Below, in pieces: positions 22,359-35,950 of a DNA stretch of 64,000 nucleotides; the first letter of the stretch is position 1; the number at the start of each line of letters is the position of its first letter. The translations under genes and the position numbers were made by a program. The DNA is taken from assembly GCA_025558095.1 (NCBI GenBank), contig JAIVFI010000044.1:191022-255021 (forward strand), given 5' to 3'. This DNA is from Hyaloraphidium curvatum SAG 235-1 (Eukaryota > Fungi > Monoblepharomycota). A model generated the notes under the pieces. That model ran no database searches, was not told the origin of the DNA, and worked only from the letters and a program-made list of their open reading frames with translations.

Positions 22359-22533
22359 CGCAAGGATGTGCTCAGGGAACGCAGGTCTGCAGTGCAGGGA
22401 CGCGACTGTGTGCGTCACCGCCGCGATTACAAGGTTTCAACGCCTCTCTAGCTTCAGCTTCATTACATGGCGATGCTCTATGTTACTACTCAGTCTTCCT
22501 CAGTGACAAAGCCAGTGATTCCATGCTTTCGGC

Positions 22534-25500
22534 TCAAGCGTCGACCCCCGTCCGCCAGCTCCTCCAGCTGCGGGCCGATTCCTGCTTCTTGTACGATCCC
22601 GAGTTGTACTTCTCGAGCGCGTCCACCAGCACGCAGGCGACCTTGGAATCGTTGATAATGCCGACGCCAAGGTCGACCGACGTGCGGCGCAGGACGTAGT
22701 TCGGGTCCGTCGTGAGCTCGGGGCGCTCGCGGGCGAGGTTGATCGTGAGGCTGATCTTGTTCTCGGCGAAAACCTGGCGCGCCGACTTCTTGTCGCCGAG
22801 GATCTTGACGATCTGCCCGTCCGGAACGATCGGGCGGGATCCCTTGATGCCGCGGATCTCGAGGAACTGCGTGGTCTCGCTGCTGTCCGTCAGGACCTTG
22901 TACCCCTGGTTGGTGAGGGACTCGCAGATGTAGGCAAACTCGTCCATGTTGGTGAGGTGGTCGCAGCCGACAGCCACGGAGCTGCTGAGAGCCATGGGAA
23001 GCTGCTTGACGTTCTGGTGGTTGCTGAGCAGGCCCACGAGGAAGGCCTCGTGCACGTCCCTGCCAAAGCAGGCCACCTCGCCCGTCGAGGCCATTTCCAC
23101 GCCGAGCATGGGGTCGGCACCGCCAAGGCGGGTCCACGAAAAGATGGGGACCTTGACGCACTTGTACGGGCGGTCCTGCTTCATGAGATCCGTGGCGGGA
23201 GCCGCCGTCTTGAGCGACGGGTGCCTCATGATGGCGCGCGTGGCCAGGTCGATGAAGTTAATGTCCAGGGTCTTGGAGACGTAGGGGAAGGAGCGCGAAG
23301 CGCGGAGGTTGCACTCAATGACCTTGAGCTCGTAGGGGAACCCCTTGTGGTGGCCGTGCTCGTGCGGCTCGAGATCGCGCTTGATGATCTGCATGTTGAA
23401 GGGGCCCGTGATCTTGAAAGCAGCCGCGACCTTCTCGGCAATGATACGGCAGTCGTCGACGACAGCGGGAGTCAGGGGCTTCAGGCCGATCTTGGGCAGG
23501 CCGCCCTGCTTGGAGATTTCGTCCACCGTCGCCACGATCGGAGGGAGGACGAGGGTGGCATCTCCGGAGTGCACGCCGGCATTCTCGATGTGCTGCGACA
23601 CGGCGTACGTCACGAGCTTTCCGTCCTGTCCGACGGCGTCCACGTCGAGCTCCTGCGCTCCGTTGATGAACTTGCTGATCACAACAGGGTACTCCTTGGA
23701 GACCGCGGCAGCGTGGCCGAGGAACTCCACGAGGTCCTCGTGGGTGTGCGCAACCTTCATGGCCGCGCCCGAGAGCACGTACGAGGGCCGAACGAGCACG
23801 GGGTATCTGACAGGGAGACGCATCAGCTTGCGCGACGTCCACGACAACGACGTACGCACCCGACACGCTGAGCAAACGACTTGGCGTCGTCCATGGAGGT
23901 CAGTTCCTGCCAATCAGGTTGGTCCACCCCGATGGTGTCCAAAGTCGAGGAGAACTTTTCGCGATCTTCAGCACGGTCGACGTCAACCGGGCTCGTGCCG
24001 AGCACGTTGATGCCACGGTTCCACAGCTTGAGAGCGATGTTCTGCGGGAGCTGGCCGCCCACGCTGACGATCACGCCCGAGGACTGCTCCAACTCGAAAA
24101 TGTCCATGGTGCGCTCGAAGCTGAGCTCCTCAAAGTACAAGCGATCGCACTCGTCAAAGTCGGTCGACACGGTTTCCGGGTTGTAGTTGACCATGACGGT
24201 GCGGTAGCCGAGGTCCTTAAGCGTGCGGATCGTGGCGACTCCGCACCAATCGAACTCCACCGAGCTGCCAATGCGGTAGACGCCAGAACCGAGCACCATG
24301 ATGCCCTTGTCGTCAAATTTGACGTCGTTGGTGATACCGTTGTAGGTCGTGTACAGGTAGTTGGTCGGGGCCGGGAACTCGGCCGCAAGGGTGTCGATAC
24401 GCTTGACGACGGGAATGATGCCGAAAGACTTGCGCAGGGCGCGGACGGCGAGCTCCGTCGAGGCCGTGAGGTCCGCAATCTGCTTGTCAGAGAAACCGGC
24501 CTTCTTGGCCTTGTTCAGAAGCGGGACGGGGATCTGCGAGGTCTCGAGCTGGTAGTTGGTCTTGACCACCGGGGGAGACTGGGTGGCGTCGATGTCCTCC
24601 TTGACCGGCGTCGGGCCGCGATACTTCTGCAGTTCAGTGCGGATGTTGACGATGTTCTCGAGCTTGTACAGGAACCACTTGTCGATCTTGGTGAGCTCCC
24701 AGATCTTGTCAACGGAGTAGCCCTTGTCGATCATGGCGTTGGCGACGGCAAACAGACGGCGGTCCGTGGGCTTCTGCAGCACAGAGTCCAGGTTCTCGAA
24801 AGGAAGGGATTCGAAACCCTGGAAGGAGGGATCCACCATGCGGATGGCCTGCGGAGCGATCGCTGCTCAGTCACGCAATAGAATTCCGGCCTCATGCGTC
24901 CGCACCTTCTGCAGAGACTCCTCGAACGTGCGACCGATGGCCATGACCTCTCCCACACTCTTCATCTGGCTCCCAATGTCGCGGCCGACGTGGGCAAACT
25001 TGGCAAGATCCCAGCGGGGAATCTTTGTGACGATGTAGTCCAAACTCGGCTCGAAGTTGGCGGTGGTCGATTTGGTGACGGCGTTGCGCAGGTCGGGCAG
25101 GCTGGCGCCAAGCGCGATCTTGGCCGCGACGAAAGCAAGGGGGTAGCCGGTGGCCTTGGAAGCCAGCGCACTCGAGCGCGACAGGCGGGCGTTCATTTCG
25201 ATGACGCAGTACTCGAGGCTGTTGGGGTTCAAGGCGTACTGCACGTTGCACTCTCCGACGACGCCGACGTGGCGAACGATCTTCATGGCTGCAGTGCGCA
25301 GCATGTGGTATTCTTCGTCGGAAAGGGTCTGCGAAGGGGCAACGACGATAGAGTCTCCGGTGTGAACGCCGAGCGGATCAAAGTTCTCCATGTTGCAGAC
25401 GGTGATGCAGTTGTCCTCGGCGTCGCGGACGACCTCGTACTCGACCTCCTTCCAGCCGCGCATCGACTTCTCGACCAGAATCTGGGGAGAAAGCGATAGC

Positions 25501-26553
25501 GACTTGGAAGCGAGCTGCTCCAATTCCGCGCGGTTCTCGGCAAAGCCGGATCCGAGACCGCCCAGCGCGTAGGCAGAGCGAACGATGATCGGGTAGCCGA
25601 TCTTTTCCGCGGCTTCCAGCGCGGCATCGACGGTCTCGACGGCAAAGGAGTAGGCGCAGGGGATGTCGATGTCTTCAACACGCGGCGTCAGCAGCGCTGC
25701 CAAGGCATCGACGGCAAACCTCACCTTTGAGGGCCTTAGCAAAGAGGTCACGGTCCTCGCTGAGTTCCAGAGTACGGATCGACGTGCCCAGAACCCTGAC
25801 GTTGTACTTTTCGAAGACGCCCATGTGGTAAAGCTGGACGCCGACGTTGAGCGCGCTCTGGCCGCCGAAAGCCAGCATGATCCCGTCCGGCTTCTCCTTC
25901 TGGATCACGTATTCGATGAACTCGGCGTTGATGGGGAGGAAATAGACCACGTCCGCCAACTCCTCGGCCGTCTGGTTGGTGGCGATGTTCGGGTTGATAA
26001 GCACAGTGAAGACACCCTCCTCTTTGCAGGCCTTGATGGCCTGGGAGCCTGCACAGTGCCCGTGAGCGAATGGATCACATCGCGGGCCCCGAAGCAATCA
26101 TACCCGAGTAATCAAACTCGCCAGCCTGCCCAATGCTGAGCCCTCCAGACCCGACAATCAGCACCTTCTTAGCCAACGGCCCGTTCTTGAGGGCCGACCC
26201 CGGGTTGGCCGGCGGGGCAACGGTCGCGTACTGGCGCCGGTTCGGTCCGCACGTCGCGAACATGGCCTGGCCCGAGTAGAACCGGAATTTTTCTTCCGGT
26301 GTCAGCCGCTCGACCCATTTGGGATCGGAAACCGGTTGCCGCGGCTTCGGTTGCGAAGAAATCCCGCGAACGGTAGGGCCCTTGGGGCCAAGACCAGCAG
26401 GCGGCGCCACCCGGGGGGTCGGCGGAACGAAGAACGGCGCCGCCAATGGCCGCAGCCACGGCAAGAGCCGCATGGTTTTCGACGCTAAAATCGAGTCGGA
26501 AATGATTAGATCAGCATCTTAGGTCCGCAGCTGTCCGAAAACTCACGCTGCAT
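22534..26553 (-). CDS. CPA2: Carbamoyl-phosphate synthase large chain, arginine-specific (mitochondrial presequence)
   Basis: [23 protein letters not shown]; [21 protein letters not shown]; [16 protein letters not shown]; [12 protein letters not shown]; C-terminal MGS-like domain. No GATase, DHOase or ATCase fused. Predicted 7-nt first exon ATGCAGC (26547-26553). Confidence 0.95.
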
Positions 26554-27013
26554 CGCGTGCAGCCCGTCGTCCCCGCCCGATAGCTGGACGATAGCTGGAC
26601 GGTTCCCCAAGAACGACCCTAACGTCTACAAGCGGCCGAAGTAGGAATGATAAGGGGTTCGAGAGCGCGCCAGGCAGTTCGTGGCGTCCGATGGCAGCCG
26701 AAAGAGACGAAAGACGACCAGGTCGTCGCCAGGAAAAACGTGGGGGGCGGAGAGCACCGGGGCGTTGTCACTCGTCAGCACGAGTCGGCGGCCGGCCAGA
26801 AGTTTGATCTGACCGCGATGCACGCCTGGATCGACAGGAACCTGCTGGGCGGCGTCGCCTGGGGCCGGGAAACGCGCTCGCGTTCGCTTATCTCTCTGAC
26901 GGATTGCTTGGCGGGGCGCCACCGCAAACACACACCTTCCCGTTGCCCTCGGCTCTGTTTTGACAGAATGAAGAGGAGAAAGCACGATCAGAATCTAATC
27001 TGAAATCATTCAA

Positions 27014-27802
27014 CTACACTGCAGCCGGAATCGGCTTGCGATCCGCTTCGGTCCAGACGGGAGACGAAGGGGGGAACTCTGCCGTCGGCATCGGAACGTA
27101 GTACTGGCCACGAGCCACCGCACGCCGGCGCTGAACATGGGCCGCGATACCCGCAATGATGAGGGGGGCAAAGAGCAGGACCGCGATGACGACTGGAAGC
27201 GAGACAGGGTAAGAAGCCGATCATGACCGGGACCAGAGCAACTTACAGAAGAGGTAGGCGGTGTCGGGGTCCAGGCAACCCTCCTCGTCGTCCCATGCGC
27301 ACGACGGCCACCAGTCACCATCTCCGAAGCCGAACCAGGACGCCCACGAGTAGTCGTCCTCGTCAGATGCCGGGGTGGCCTCGGGAGCATCACCCAGGGG
27401 CACCGGGGATGCCAGTCCGAGATTTGCCTTTTCAGCCATCTCGGAAGAGTTTAAGATGGTCTTCGGAGCGGCAACGACATCGGGCTTGGACTCTCCGTCG
27501 ACCATGGAGCGGATACGTTCGGAGACTGTTTCCAAGGTGACCCGCCCCTTGTCGGCCAGGTCCGCGACCTCTGCGAGCGCGGCGGCGACGAAAGCGTCCA
27601 ACAGCTGCTTCACGTCGTCCTTGGAGGGATCGTCCAGCTTCGCCTTCACGAGCTCGTCCGGCTGGCCCGCATCGACGGCATCTCTCCTGTGCGTCCGGAG
27701 CTTGAGCCAGAGATCCTTCGACCTCGACTCGGCCACCGGCGAGGCATGCGCGAAAGACAGGAGGAGGAGGAGGCAAGCAATCGAGGCTACGATTCGCTTC
27801 AT
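27014..27802 (-). CDS. Hypothetical type I membrane protein (signal peptide, acidic ectodomain, TM, tail with YYVPM)
   Basis: MKRIVASIACLLLLLSFAHA; after a GTAAGT..CCAG intron reads FVIAVLLFAPLIIAGIAAHVQRRRAVARGQYYVPM...PAAV*. Confidence 0.7.
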
Positions 27803-28250
27803 GGTGTGGTGGGTTGCGTTGCATGCGTCTGTGGGGCCACGCCTTCTGAAGTCACTCGACTGTGGCTGTGCCCTCATCAAGCACGCCCCAACCCCGCTCC
27901 CCGTTTCCCATCGGGCCGATCCTGCGCCGAATCCGACAAGTAATGTCTTCAGCAAGTGATCGGATGCTGATGTGTCTATTTGAACACATGGATTGTGTCT
28001 GTATTGGGCATTGGGCGGGAGCATCTGGCTTGACAGCGGATCTGGCAGCTCGCAGATTGGATCATCGCTCGAGCCCCAAGGCATGTGCCACTCAGGACAT
28101 TGCGGTAACTCTTGAAGGACGGTTGCGGCAGGGGTTCAGCGATTGCAGCGCACGGAGGACGATCGCCGAATTTTAGCCGGCGGGATCCCAACGTTCGCCG
28201 CTCTCTAGGAATCCTCCGCGCTAGCGACTGTCCGTGCAACGCGTGCCACG

Positions 28251-29702
28251 ATGCCGGACGGAGAGGGTTCCGTCGCCTCCATCCCCGTTCCGCCTATGCC
28301 CGCTGGGCTGAAGCTCAAGGATCCCGCTGCCCCTTCGGCCACCCTCCCCTCATCGGACCTCCCGAAACTGTTCCAGCCGCTCAAGATCCGCGGAGTGGAA
28401 CTGAAGAACAGAATCGCAGTCAGCCCTATGTGCGAATATTCCGCCAAGGACGGCATGATGAATAGCTTCCACCTGGTGCACCTCGCGCAGTACGCCATCC
28501 GTGGTTGCGGCCTTGTCATCTTCGAAGCGAGTGGGGTGATGCCGAACGGAAGGTTGGCTCCGATTCGACCTGCACGCCTCGTGGACTGCGAACTGAGTCG
28601 ATTCCTTGCTATCTTCTCCCAACGTCGCCCTTCTCTTGACGTGCTCCGCACCTTCTCTTTGAAGAATCACGCCGCATTGCCCCGGAATCTGGAGCGACGA
28701 CCACATTGCGCCGATGAAGGCCATAAACGACCTGTGCCACCTGCACAACGCAAAGACCGCCCTGCAGATCGCCCATGCCGGCCGCAAGGCTTCTTCGCTC
28801 TCCCCTTTCCACGGCGTCGGCCACGACGTCCTCGCGGATGAGTCGCAGGGAGGCTGGCCGACCAACGTATACGGTCCGAGCGCGATCAAGAACTCGGAGA
28901 CCCAAGCACTGCCCATCGAAGTCTCCAAGGAACAGATCATGGAGGTCGTGAAGGCGTTTGGGGAGGCAGCAGTCCGTGCGGACAAGGCCGACTTTGACGC
29001 CCTCGAGGTCCACGCCGCACACGGATACCTCATCCATTCATTCTATTCACCAATCTCCAACAAGCGCACCGACGAGTTCGGGGGCAGCTTCGAGAACCGA
29101 ACGCGCCTGGCGGTGCTCGTCGCCCGCGAGGTCCGCAAGAACTGGCCCGCAACCAAGCCGCTCTTCATGCGCATTTCCGCTACCGATTGGGTCGATGATG
29201 AGCCTTCGTGGAGGGTAGAAGACTCCGTCAAGCTCGCCGAACTGCTGGCAGCCGAAGGGGTGGACCTGATAGATTGCTCGTCGTCGGGCGTTGCGACGCA
29301 CAAGCAAAAGATTCCATGGATGGAGCCTTGCTACAACACCCCGCTCGCGGAAACGATCAAGAAGGCGTTGGGGGACAAGATTCTCGTCGGTGCCGTCGGT
29401 AACATCACAACGGCCACGGAAGCCGAGGCGATTCTCGAAGAAGGCAAGGCCGATTTGATTCTACTCGGGAGGGTGCTACTCCGCGATCCGAACTGGTGCA
29501 GATTTGCGTTATTCCTCGACGGGAACTTTAGCTCACTCAGCCCCGCTCCCAGGGCCGTCAATGCGGCTACAGAACTTGGCCTTCAGCCCGAGTGGGCAAG
29601 CCAATGTGAGTGCTGGGCGTCTCATTCTCGACTAGCAATCTTATTCGTGCGATAGATGATTGGTCGAAGCCAGCCGCACCTCGCGGTATCAAGCGACACT
29701 GA
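28251..29702 (+). CDS. NADH:flavin oxidoreductase / Old Yellow Enzyme (YqjM/NamA-like)
   Basis: [26 protein letters not shown]; [10 protein letters not shown]; [13 protein letters not shown]; [14 protein letters not shown]; RISATDW; [10 protein letters not shown]; 3 introns. Confidence 0.93.
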
Positions 29703-29820
29703 AGTGGCGAGTGGCTCGACCAGAAAGTGAGACAGTAAGCGACCAGTAGACGTGACTGCTGTAGAGTGCCAACGAATCACATTCTTCAACCGTGCACGGC
29801 ACATCGCCATCAATCATCAT

Positions 29821-32800
29821 TCAAGTCCAATCCGTGTCCGAATCCTTGACCACGAGCGAGCCCGAGCTGGCCGTCGAAAGCAGACTCTTGTCCGAACCTT
29901 GCCTGAGTAGCACTCCGCTTTTTCCCGCCCCTGGCCCCGCCCCCGATGCCGATCCTGCGGCATCACCATCCTGGCATGCGGCATCCAGCACCTCCGCCGA
30001 AATCTGGCTGTCGCTGCCGGCACTCGGAATCGGCGGGAGCATTTCGAGCGCAAAGTCCTCCATGCGCTTTGCGAAACTTGCCGCCGCGCGAGGATCCGAT
30101 GGAACGCGCACTCGCGAACGCGAGGCGCTCGACTTTCGCACGTTCGCGATCGCCTGCGTAAAGCTACCGGAGGTCGGAGCTTGCGCTGACGTTTTCACGT
30201 TCGGCAGGCGGAGCTTTCGAACAGGGTCAACGACGCCAGTTGCATCAGACATTGATGACCCACGTTTCGTCGCCTCGCCGCTGCAGCTTCCTGTTCCCTG
30301 ATCATGCGATTTGCGTCCAATGCGCGCTGCGAAGTTAAACGATTAGAGCCCGTGGCTAACGAATACACAGCTAGACCGACCTTGTAACTATCAATGAACT
30401 TGGCAAAGACGCCGTAAAAGTCCTCGCACGTAGCTGCTTCGGGATTCTCGCCAAAGAATGCGACGCACTCGTGGTGCTTGAATTTCGCGCGTTGCAGCAC
30501 GTCCGCAGCTTCGAGGTATTCCTCGCGGACCTGTGCCAGCTTCTTGGCAGCGGCGGCCCAAAACGCATCGGGCACCACAGTCTCGACTTGCACGGTGGTG
30601 GCAACATCTGTCGACAGATCGATTTGCTGCTGGACCATCGTGAGTTTCGAAGAACTGTGTCACAAAGCCACTCACTTGCGCCGGGGCCGCCGCTTCATCC
30701 CCGCCGTCACTATCTGGCTTTCTCTTGGCCAGCATCCTCTGCTTTTCCAGGATCTTTGACGACTTTTGAGTCGGCTTTTCCGTCGAGATCGGAGGTGCTT
30801 TGTAGGGATTTTTCGCGAAGCGCTCCAACTTATGCAGCTTCTCGCCGAACTTTGACTTGGTCTCCTCCAAATCCGTCAGGGATACTGTTGGTACAACGCT
30901 CAGTGATGGTGCATCGAGTGAAGACGGCCACCAGGCCGACCTCGAAACGCGTCCTTGGCGGATGCTATCTCCTCCGCGAAACGCGCGGCAGGCAAGTCCT
31001 GGTCGACAAAGGTCTTGGCCAGCAGCTGCATCAAGCTCATGGACCCGTCGGTAGCCTTCGTGTCTTGCAGCTGACGAACCAGGTCAAGCATGTATCGCGA
31101 GGCTTGCAATGTATGCTCACCCGCAGAATGGTTCCGATTTTGATGCCGTATGCTGCGCCCTGCGAGACGTCTCGTGCGTGAGGACGGTTTCGGAATCGAT
31201 GGCAGAGACTCACCTTCGTGCGGAAATTCATGAAGTTGGAAACATCGAGCACGGCCTGTTGGCCAATACGATCAGCGGACCGATCCATGTCGACAAAGAG
31301 GCTCTGACTTACCTTGAGCACGTCGCTCAGAGCTTCGCTCTCCATCAAGCTCGTCGCAGCCCGGGCAATGTCATCAGCCCGGTCCTTCAGGTTCTGGAGC
31401 TGTTCGGTTGCGGAGTAGATCAGAGATAGGACCGCAAATCGTTCTCGCACGTCTGGTAGGTTTGCGAGCTGTCATGGGGGTCAAAGAACGTCCAAGTCGA
31501 CGACCGTGCATCGCACCTCTTTCACGAAACGATCGGCAAAGCTAAGGCCTTGGCTCGACTCCAGCTCTTTCAACTGGGCTAGCTTCTTGTCATCAGGAAG
31601 AAGATTTGCAAAACCATCCACAAAAGTTTCCGAAAGGTGCGTGTCTGCCGAATCCGACTGCAGCCAGCGGCGTATGACTTCGAAACTGATGCCGCTTTTG
31701 ATGAGTGGTTGCAGCAGGATCTCTGCGACCACGTTGAGCTAGGCGGGGAAGGGCGCTGCGGCAACCTACCGAGGGCTTGCGCCGTCTTTCCGTCCACGAC
31801 GTTCGTGGTGCTCGCCTTCCCGGCCGCGGTAGACAGCGATTTCGCCTTCTTTGTCGCCTCGTCTCCGAAACGAAGCTCGATCTCGGACCAAATGCTGTCG
31901 TCCGCGAAGACTTTCCTGGGGCCCGTCGACGCTCCGAGGAACGCCAATTGGCTCGCCGAACCTTCCGGTGGCGCCACCTTTCGGCACCAAATCGTGTTCA
32001 GTGCCGCATTGTCCGGCAGCACGTCCACCTGAACAGTCCTGAAAGACGTATTGGGAACGCGATCGATCGTTTTCTTCGGAAGAAGCGGTACTGGAGTTGC
32101 CGCGTCGAAACCCGGCGGTGGAGGCGGGGGCGGAGGTCCCGATCCCGGAGGCGGCGGTGGCGGGGGTGGTGGTCCCGAACCAGGAGGAGGTGGTGGTGGT
32201 GGTGGGGCTCCGAGGGTTGCATTCGAGGGCGGCGGGGGAGGAGGCGGTGGGGGACCGCTGCCTGGCGGGGGTGGCGGAGGCGGAGGGGCAACCGTCGCAA
32301 GAGTTGTAGTCGGCGCTTCCGATGCCGTGTCAGAAGATGCCGGCGACGTCGAGGCCGGCGCGAAAGCAGATTGGACGGGCGCGATGGCGCCAGTCTCGCC
32401 GATCAGCCCTGCGCCGGATACCCTAGCTTCGATCGGCTGAGCCGCCGGCAAGAACGATCGGCCCAATTCGAGTTCCGTAAGCTTCTTGCGCTCGAGCTGG
32501 AGCAGATCGTCCGCTCGGGATCGGAGGCGCCTCTCCTCCTTGAGATCGTCCACGATCGACTCGTTGAGCACCGTGGCCAGTTCTTGAGCGTTGGAGCGTA
32601 CCAAGGCAGCCGCCAAGTTTGTGACGGCTTCTTTGTGCTCCTCCCCGGATGAGTTGAACGTCCGCAGCAGCTCCTTATTCCGATCCATCAGGCGGTTCGC
32701 ATGCTGTTCCCATGTCTGAGCAGCATTTTGAAGCATCGCATACTTTACCTCGTGCTCGGAGCGTAACGTCGCTGTCCACCGCGGGGCATCAGCATCAATC

Positions 32801-35267
32801 CATTGCAGCGTCAGCATCACGCACCGATCTTGGCCTCCGACTCCCGTTCCACGGTCCTCCTAAAGCTCTTCTCGTCGTTCAGCTGCCTTTGCAGAATCTC
32901 AATCTTGCGTACGTTGCCTTCCGCTAGATCGTTGGATACCCAATCCGAAAGCAGTTTCGAAACGGTCTGTTCGAGCTTCCCTTCAAAAAAAGGGGTCCCG
33001 TAGGAGTTACTGGAGAACAGGTCCTCCGTGTCCATGAGCCTGGCAGCCACTCTGCCCAAGAAGGCTACCATTTTGGACCTGGCGACGATTCCATGAAGCA
33101 CAAAGCCAGCGGCGTGCGAGCTGTCTACTCACGCTCTCCTGTTGTCCAAGAAAGAAGTTGCCAGCCAGATCTGCCGGAGAAGGCTAGCAAAGTCCTCGCG
33201 CCCGGTCCTGGAGTCGGGTGTGCCTTCGGCCGCGACGTCCTTCGCGAAAGCCTCGTCGATCTGCTTCGCCAGTGCCGAAATGCTAAGGACCTTTCCCTCG
33301 ATGACGTCCTCAATATTCCGGGCATTCGAAGCCATGTTCGCCTCCAAGAGCTCCTTGAACTTGCCGAGTTCGTGGAAGTGCATCGGGAACTCGTCGCGCG
33401 CAAAGCCAGAAACGCGCGAAAGCACGATGTCGTAGCCGCAGCTGAAGAGCTGGGGAAAGTAGCAGGTGGTAACTGCCACCTCGCTTGTGCAATCCAAGAT
33501 TGCATTGACCAACGTCATCGCCGAAAGCTGGCAGCCACAGAAGCCGATTAGCCATGAAGGACGAGATCTGCTAGAAACAATGCGACATGTACTCACAAGA
33601 AACGCCATGCCGTCGCTTTCCCGTTTTGCGCTCGCATCCGAGGTCCAAAAGCTAAGCGACGCAGCACCCGGCGTCGCGGGGGAAGCCTCGTCGGAATCTC
33701 CGGAGCCGGCCAAAGAAACGGCCTCTCCGCTGATCCCGCTGACCACCGACATCCGATCCGAATCGTCAGGTACCACGGGCTGGGCAACGTTCCGATCTCT
33801 GTCTTTGAACTTCGCGACCACGCCTCCCATCCCGCTCCCGCGAAAGGAAGGCAGGCTCCACCCGGTCTGCGCCTTGGCCGAGGTTGGCGGCTTGGCCCCT
33901 GCAGCTGGCCTCGCAACACGAGACTTGTCGGCCCCGACCGACGTGCCAAAAATGCCGCGGGAGTCAAGAACCTCAAGACAAGGCTTCACAAGGCAGCGGA
34001 AAGGGTTCAACTGCGCTGTAAGGCGGCCGGCAACTTGTTGATAGCGCGAGTCGCAGTCCTCGAGCGCCTTCACGACCTTTCCGAGGCAGTCAGACGGATC
34101 AGAGGAGTTCGTGGGCGATTTCCCGCTCCCATTGTCCTCGACAGTAATGCACATGAAAGTCAGCATGTCGGCAACAACGGTGCGGACTTCCCATGATGGG
34201 AAGTCCAGGAGCAAACAGAGATCCAAAGGCATGCTGTACGCCATCCCGACGACAGTGGAGCCGAAGACACCCTCGATGCTTTCCATTCGCCGCGTGAGAC
34301 GGACTATGGCTTGTTCAAGGTTCCGGTGCTTCTGCTCCCTGGACTCGATGTCAGAACAGCTCGGGCCTCCCGGCAAAGCACCCACCGCGCGCCGATCTGT
34401 TGAATCGCGACCAAAGCCTTGAACATCAGTGCGAGTCCTCCGCACTCCAAAAAGGTCCGTGGCCACGATTCGTCTGCTGCGTGGGCGTGGGTGGCGATTG
34501 CAGCAGCAAGCTCGGAGCTCGTTATCCGCTTGTTGACATGCGGGGGTTTCTGCGCCACTGTGGCATCATGTTTGGAGATCCAGCTGTTGAGTTTCAGGCA
34601 GAGTGCTTGCGGATCGGTGCCCTGTGCGAGGAATCGAGATGGTGAGCGCGGAAAGCGCCAGTCAAGGCTGTGTTCCGACCTCGAGTTCGTTCAATCCGAA
34701 AAAGTTGAGCATGAACCTCCACATGGTGCCATGGTCTCGGGAATCGACGCTGCTCAAGGCTCGTATTGTGCTCTCGTCACGCGCATTTCCGATGGCCTTG
34801 GGAACGAATAAGGATCCGGCACGAGGGGAAGGACCGCTACCTACCGAAAACACAAGATCAAAGCATGGTTTGACATCCTCGCGAGGTGGCACTACTCCGG
34901 GTCCGGTTTTGTAGTATAGCTCCAGCACGCGCGCCCTTCCATGTGCCCCCTGTAGGTCGCTTGCTCGCCCAACCACCGCCGATGGGGGGTTCGCGTTTGT
35001 GCCCTGCACGTTATCCCGCCCTGATTGCCCCTGGTTCCCGCCCGGAAGGGCTACAAGCATGCTGCTCCGCCGAGAAAGGGTCTCTGCCCCGGTTTGGGTC
35101 CCCCCAGGGCCAGTGCGATCCGCGGCTCCCGGAGCACCCTCCTTTCCCGAAAACAAGCCCGTGAAGATAGCACTCATGGGGCGAGACTTGCGCAGAAGCT
35201 CCGGTCTCCGAAATGCCGGCGCCGGGTCGGGCCCTCCGCGGCCGGCTGGCGGACTTGGATCCGCCAT
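29821..35267 (-). CDS. Formin (GBD/FH3-like region, coiled coil, FH1 poly-Pro, divergent FH2)
   Basis: Poly-Pro tracts followed by NTIW; VVDGKTAQAL; VLDVSNFMN; GAAYGIKIGTILR/LQDTKA; FFGENP..CEDFYGVFAKF; many introns. Confidence 0.88.
32110..32290 (-). repeat. FH1 poly-proline repeats (PPPPPPPG-SG)n
   Basis: Five poly-Pro tracts, seen as GGN runs on the + strand. Confidence 0.9.
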
Positions 35268-35466
35268 TGGTGCCCGGAGTCCAATCCCATGGGCCAGTCC
35301 AGAGGGCGTCTCCCTAAGCAGGCCCGCGGGCTCCGCGCTGCCACAAGGACGCCCTTCAATCTGCCGGAGCGCCTTTGTCCTATCCGGCGCGCGGCGGGTT
35401 CTGCGGCGCCGAGCTTTGGAAGAACGCGCGCAAACCGCCGCCGCTGGCCGTCGGCGCAGCACAACA

Positions 35467-35851
35467 ATGGAACCCCCGGACGACGCGCCTGCCGCCGAAT
35501 CGCGGGAAAGCAGTCGACTGCGTTTCGAAATTGAACTGGAGTTCGTCCAATTGCTGGCAAACCCGTTCTACCTTCAATGTGGGACACGTCGCGCGCCGTT
35601 CGCGTGGGAAGCCAACTTCCCGCCTCTTTACAGACCTCGCGCAACGCGGCTTCATGAAGGATCGCGCCTTCGTGAACTACTTGGACTACCTGCAGTACTG
35701 GCGGCGACCGGAATACGCAAAGTTCATCGTCTTCCCGGATTCGCTGGCGATCTTGGACCTGCTGCAGTACGAGGCCTTTCGCGAGGAGATCGCAAAGGCG
35801 GAGGTGGCGAGATTCGTGTTCGAAACCGAAACTCAGGCACAGAGGCGATGA
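35467..35851 (+). CDS. SOH1: Mediator subunit Med31/Soh1
   Basis: RFEIELEFVQLLANPFYLQ/YLAQRG..FVNYLDYLQYWRRPEYAKFI.FP; 1 intron. Confidence 0.95.
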
Positions 35852-35950
35852 TGTGGTGAGGGGAGAGGCAAAGGAGGTCTATATACATGGTATAATGGAG
35901 CGGAATCGACAAAGGAAATCCGGGTAGTGCGCCGTGAAACAAAGCACGCG

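Noticed and set aside
26600-27010. Possible arginine-attenuator uORF upstream of CPA2
   Set aside because: I saw no AAP-like peptide and no nearby upstream ATG on the minus strand.
32051-32440. Gly-rich + strand ORF resembling a structural protein
   Set aside because: It is the reverse complement of the formin FH1 poly-Pro region.
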